A stretch of DNA of 64,000 bases from assembly GCA_036337435.1 (NCBI GenBank), contig JAYZEG010000033.1, positions 24,744-88,743 of the forward strand, read 5' to 3'. This stretch comes from Myxococcota bacterium. Its GTDB lineage: Bacteria; Myxococcota_A; Bradymonadia; UBA7976; UBA1532. The notes beneath the pieces are model-generated. The model saw only the letters and a program-made list of their open reading frames with translations. It made no database searches and was not told the origin of the DNA. The position numbers and the translations under genes are program-made. Positions 59,842 through 64,000 of the stretch are shown here, one piece after another; the first letter of the stretch is position 1, and each line of letters begins with the position of its first letter.

Positions 59842-61494
59842 TCAGTTGGGGTTTACGCGCTGTGCTTTTTTCTCTTCTTGCCATAAACGTGCCTCAAGTG
59901 CGTCGAGGACCGGTCGAAGTGTCTTTCGCTCCAATGCTGAGACACCAAAAGCACCGTAGAGGCGGCATAGGTTATGGGCGATCTCGGACTCTAACAAATC
60001 AATCTTATTGAAAACCAAAATGACGGGTTTCTGATCCAGGTCCGTCTCCAACAAAATCCGTCTCACTGACTCGATCTGCTCCTCCATCTGCGCGTCAGCG
60101 ATGTCGACGACATGGACAAGCACATCAGCCTCATGCGCCTCTTCAAGAGTCGCTTTGAACGCGTTTACGAGCCCATCTGGCAGATCCCTGATAAATCCAA
60201 CGGTATCTGTGATAACCAGCTCTCGGTCTCGCGGAAAGCGTAACCGCCGCGTCGTTACGTCGAGAGTCGCAAACAGCTTGTCTTCAGTGAGAACCTCACT
60301 TTGCGTAATCGCATTGAAAAGCGTACTTTTTCCAGCATTGGTGTAGCCAATGACGGCCACCGTCGGTACATGGCGTGCGTTCCGTCGCTGCCGCCGGTTC
60401 TGCCGTTGTTTGGCTGCGGTCTTGAGTAATTTGGTCAATGCGCTGATTCGATCTCTGGCGCGTCGCCGATCGATTTCTAACTTGGTCTCACCCGGTCCGC
60501 GGCCTCCGATACCACCCGCCAGCCGCGAAAAAGCGGAACTCCGTTGGGCCAATCGTGGCAGCAGGTATTTCAACTGAGCTAATTCAACGGCCAACTTACC
60601 CTCGCGTGTGTGAGCTCGACGGGCAAATATGTCCAGAATGAGCATGCTGCGGTCGATGACCTTCAGGTCCGTTGCTTCGGCGATGGCTCGAACTTGGTTC
60701 GGCGTCAAGTCCTGGTCAAAAATCACCAATTCGCAATCCTGCTGCATAGACCGCAGCAAGAGATCGTCGAGTTTCCCCTTTCCGATAACATACCGCGGAT
60801 CGTAACTCCGACGCTTCTGGATAATGACGTCCACGAGGGCCACATCGGCTGTACTGGCTAACTCGGACAGTTCCATCAATGCCAGGTCAGGTTCGATGGT
60901 GTCGCTGGGCAGGCTGACATGGACTGCGATCGCTCGGGTTTGGCCTTCGGTCTCAACGGCACCGATGGTTCGACGGCTAAATTCGTCTTCCAAGTCGTTA
61001 ATGAAACCATCGAAGTCGATTGAGTCATCCCAGACTGTCGTCCGAGTGGGCTGCGCGTAGGGCGTTTCGCTGCCATGGGGCAATAAGTGAGAATGATAAA
61101 GTCGGCTCGGTCGTCCATCGTGGCCAACCCCGACAGCTGCGATAAGATCCAAGCGCAAGCGCACAAGGTCGGTGAGATCATCTTGGCTGAGCGGCTCATC
61201 ACGCAAGTGCGTGTGAACCAGCCGAATACCACGGAAACGCCCTTCACCTGCGCGCGACCGTCCTAAATCGGGAATAAACAATTGGTCTGCATCACCAACG
61301 ATCACGTGGCGAACCCGACCCCGCCGATCAAGGGTAACCCCAATTTGGCGCCCTATCTCGTGAGAGAGTTCGCAAAGCGAGGTTGCCAAGGGTGGCGAGA
61401 CGATTAAGTTGGTTGGAACTTTCCGATTGTAGAGTAAACCTAGCCGATGGCGTTGTTTGGGTTTAAGACCTTGAACGTTTCCGTGGACTTTCAG
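59842..61494 (-). CDS. hflX: Ribosome-splitting GTPase HflX, long N-terminally extended form
   Basis: [52 protein letters not shown] and NKID. Start proposed at CTG 61494 (see findings). Confidence 0.93.
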   Translation of the reverse strand: MKVHGNVQGLKPKQRHRLGLLYNRKVPTNLIVSPPLATSLCELSHEIGRQIGVTLDRRGRVRHVIVGDADQLFIPDLGRSRAGEGRFRGIRLVHTHLRDEPLSQDDLTDLVRLRLDLIAAVGVGHDGRPSRLYHSHLLPHGSETPYAQPTRTTVWDDSIDFDGFINDLEDEFSRRTIGAVETEGQTRAIAVHVSLPSDTIEPDLALMELSELASTADVALVDVIIQKRRSYDPRYVIGKGKLDDLLLRSMQQDCELVIFDQDLTPNQVRAIAEATDLKVIDRSMLILDIFARRAHTREGKLAVELAQLKYLLPRLAQRSSAFSRLAGGIGGRGPGETKLEIDRRRARDRISALTKLLKTAAKQRQNRRQRRNARHVPTVAVIGYTNAGKSTLFNAITQSEVLTEDKLFATLDVTTRRLRFPRDRELVITDTVGFIRDLPDGLVNAFKATLEEAHEADVLVHVVDIADAQMEEQIESVRRILLETDLDQKPVILVFNKIDLLESEIAHNLCRLYGAFGVSALERKTLRPVLDALEARLWQEEKKAQRVNPN

Positions 61495-61627
61495 TGTTGG
61501 TCTCCTGCTCGACTTATAGTAAGGAGGACCTGGGGGTCTTCCTTGGATTCTTCGTCCGAGTATACTGCATTGCTGCGTCGCTCGTAAGTCTGCATGCAAT
61601 TCTGTCTCGAAACCAGAGAGGTCGTCA

Positions 61628-63163
61628 TTGACTACGCGCCACCATTCACTCTCCAAAACCCTCGCATTTGCACTGGTTGCAATGGGTTTCGTTGCACATG
61701 CTCTTTACTTCAACTTCCTCAATGACGATGCATTCATTTCGTTTCGATATTCGGATAACCTGGTCCGCCACGGGGAATTGGTTTTCAATCTAGGCGAACG
61801 GGTTGAAGGGTATACCAATTTTCTCTGGACCGTCGCCATGGCCGGTGTCATCGGTGTCGGTCTTGATCCCGCGATTTGGAGCCGGGTCATTAGCATCATC
61901 CTCGGGATAACGACCCTGTTTCTCGTGATGAACTTCATGGCACGATTGCGGGGTCGAGACTCGCTGAGTGATATCGTGCCGTCCGCGCTCTTAGCGGCAT
62001 CTCCTGCCTATGCATGTTGGGCGACCGGCGGCCTTGAGACCCAACTATTCACCACCTTAGCCACCCTCGCTATTTTCGATTACATGAGAGGCAGTGCGGG
62101 GGAGTCGAGAGCATTACTCCGGAGTGGTTTTTGGTTTGCATTGGCCTCGATGACAAGGCCTGAGGGCATGCTTCTGCTTGGGCTTGTCGGTCTGTACCAC
62201 ATCGGGACGATGCTTTCGGAGCATCGCCTTAAGCCGACGCGGCTGGAATTGATGTGGGCTGGGGTTTTCTTGATTGTATTCGCGCCTTTCTTTGCCTGGC
62301 GTTGGACCTATTACGGCTGGCCCTTTCCGAATACTTATTATGTGAAAACTGGTGCCGACGGCTTTTGGAAACCCGGACTCCGATATCTACTCAGTTGGAT
62401 CAATACCCATGGACTGTGGTGTCTGCCCGTTCTTGGCTACATAAGCCTGCGTACAGCCACTTCGGAAACGAAGAGATTTCTTGGCTTGGCCACCCTGGTT
62501 GTCTTCGGACTGAGCGTACATGTTGCTCGGGTCGGTGGTGACTTTATGGCATTACATCGTTTCTTAGTGCCCCTCATGCCGCTTGTCAGCGTCATGGCGG
62601 CACTTGGGCTGCTGGTGATTTTCAGGCGTCTATGGGCACTCAAACCGGTCTTGTGTGGCGTCGTCATCGTTGGACTCATCGCCTTATCCAGTCTTCATAT
62701 AAGCAAGATCGACAGTCACGCGATGACTGTCGGCAGCGACAATGGAGTGGACCGAATTGGTTGGCTGAAAACATTTCACGAACAATGTACCGCAATCGGC
62801 CGCTGGCTGGCTGAAAACGCAGACAAAGATATGGCCATCGCCACCACGGCAGCTGGGATTATCCCCTATTACTCGCGGCTCTACACAGTGGACATCCTGG
62901 GTTTAAATGACGAATGGATCGCGCATAACGTGCCCGCGAGGGGTCAAAGGCCGGGGCATACGAAAAGCGCACCACTCGCCTACATTCTCAAGAAGGATGT
63001 GGACTTTTTGATCTACCATCCAACGATCGCCGACTCGAAACCCCGACGTTCCAAGGCGGAGCACGCTGCGTGGGCTCGTCGTGGTTACAGATGGAAAACC
63101 ATTCAAGTTGATGGGCTTAAGCCCCCCTGGTGGGGCGTTTGGGTTCGAAACCGAGACCGCTAA
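61628..63163 (+). CDS. Multi-pass GT-C-fold glycosyltransferase-like membrane protein
   Basis: DDAFISFRY..N...G.LVFN.GERVEGYTN.LW, GLET, TRPEG, PNTYYVK and AGIIPYY..DILGL. Confidence 0.78.
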   Translation: MTTRHHSLSKTLAFALVAMGFVAHALYFNFLNDDAFISFRYSDNLVRHGELVFNLGERVEGYTNFLWTVAMAGVIGVGLDPAIWSRVISIILGITTLFLVMNFMARLRGRDSLSDIVPSALLAASPAYACWATGGLETQLFTTLATLAIFDYMRGSAGESRALLRSGFWFALASMTRPEGMLLLGLVGLYHIGTMLSEHRLKPTRLELMWAGVFLIVFAPFFAWRWTYYGWPFPNTYYVKTGADGFWKPGLRYLLSWINTHGLWCLPVLGYISLRTATSETKRFLGLATLVVFGLSVHVARVGGDFMALHRFLVPLMPLVSVMAALGLLVIFRRLWALKPVLCGVVIVGLIALSSLHISKIDSHAMTVGSDNGVDRIGWLKTFHEQCTAIGRWLAENADKDMAIATTAAGIIPYYSRLYTVDILGLNDEWIAHNVPARGQRPGHTKSAPLAYILKKDVDFLIYHPTIADSKPRRSKAEHAAWARRGYRWKTIQVDGLKPPWWGVWVRNRDR

Positions 63164-63166
63164 GCC

Positions 63167-64000
63167 CTAGAGCCCCGGCAGGGGTCCCTGGCGAAAATCG
63201 GCATGTCCAAAGTTGGATCCGTCCACATTCATCATATTCAAAATTGAGTGGAGTAAGCGAAGGTGATTCTCGTCGCTATATTGGAGATGCCGGCCCGTCT
63301 GAAGGCGTCCACCGGCTCCACCGGCCAGCAAGAACGGCATATCGCTGTGACTGTGGGTATTGCCCCGGCTGATCTCGTTCACACAGAAGACCAAGGTGTT
63401 ATCAAGGAGTGTTTTATCGCCCTCAGTAATGCTTGCTAATCGCTCCAAAAGGTAGGCTTGCTGCTCACTGTACCAGACCAACATCTGGTCCCATTGTCCT
63501 TGAAGGGGCTCATTGGAATCACCCGAGTGAGACAGACTATGGCCTTCGTGATCGTTGAGTCCCATAAACGTAAAGCGGAGTGCATTGACCGCCGATGAAC
63601 ACTGGATACTGCCAAAACGCGTGACGTCGCATGCAAACGCATTGACCATGACGTCAATTTGCGCTCGAAGCAACGCCCTGAACTCAGCTTCACCCATGAT
63701 ATCCATCGCTGTCGGTTGGCCCGGCAAACAATTGTCCTGGCGTTCAACGATCACAGCTAACCGGCGTTCCAAATCTCGGAGTGAATCTGCATGATTCTCC
63801 AGCTTTTGCCGGTCACCGGCCCCGAGTTTGCGTTGAAGAGCTACAAAGTCCTTGTAGACGAAATCAAGGACGGATTGACGGCGTCTCATCAACGCCCCCA
63901 TATCACCGGTCGTCTCCACCAACTGACCGCCTTGTCCAAAAGCACGTTGATAGGCCTCTAAAGGGTCGTTGATAGGTGCCACTGGCTGTTCATTACCCCG
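63167..64000 (-). CDS. DUF1552 family protein, 5'-truncated by window edge
   Basis: P...DP..AYQR.FG, SVLD, LG..DRQKLE.H..SLRDLE, AFACDVTR, H.LSH, TLLDNT and PFLLAGGAGG. Confidence 0.85.
   Translation of the reverse strand, partial: RGNEQPVAPINDPLEAYQRAFGQGGQLVETTGDMGALMRRRQSVLDFVYKDFVALQRKLGAGDRQKLENHADSLRDLERRLAVIVERQDNCLPGQPTAMDIMGEAEFRALLRAQIDVMVNAFACDVTRFGSIQCSSAVNALRFTFMGLNDHEGHSLSHSGDSNEPLQGQWDQMLVWYSEQQAYLLERLASITEGDKTLLDNTLVFCVNEISRGNTHSHSDMPFLLAGGAGGRLQTGRHLQYSDENHLRLLHSILNMMNVDGSNFGHADFRQGPLPGL

Noticed and set aside
61495..61656. 54-aa N-terminal extension of HflX in the ORF track
   Set aside because: It overlaps the divergent gene start, and a better SD-start pair exists at 61494.
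1..64000. CRISPR arrays, tRNA/rRNA genes, prophage, sigma54 -24/-12 promoters
   Set aside because: None were seen by eye. Intergenic gaps are short and lack periodic repeats, cloverleaf patterns or TGGCAC-N5-TTGC. A covariance-model scan would be needed to exclude small RNAs.

Overview
A gene-dense bacterial chromosomal segment, roughly 55% GC by eye, with about 49 CDSs. No rRNA, tRNA, CRISPR array, prophage or intact mobile element is recognisable. Gene content points to a Myxococcota-like deltaproteobacterium (inference only): giant Cys-rich/PPC lipoproteins, kinase-ATPase fusions, an FHA-sigma54 activator, DUF1552, long-form HflX and a HEAT/HD-GYP-like pair. Housekeeping and metabolic genes include yqgE/algH, kynU, ygfZ, three Nudix hydrolases, a nucleotide-sugar cluster, a yfhL-type ferredoxin, ettA, an acyl-CoA ligase, two acyl-CoA dehydrogenases, pcs, a ureohydrolase and hflX. 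The most notable observations are: (1) an unannotated 43-aa Lys/Arg-rich ORF upstream of ettA, with a strong SD and a sigma70-type promoter carrying a GC-rich discriminator; (2) three proteins (two HEAT-repeat, one degenerate HD-GYP) that appear to share an unnamed N-terminal domain, one ending in a module normally found at the N-terminus of secreted fibre proteins; (3) an 11-kb divergent Cys-rich/PPC/PKD surface-protein island; (4) a probable CTG start for hflX; (5) an orphan DUF4351/Rpn C-terminal-like protein; (6) a pcs-organophosphate transporter-HAD cluster and an NTT-like transporter suggesting scavenging. All family calls come from motif recognition by eye, not database searches.
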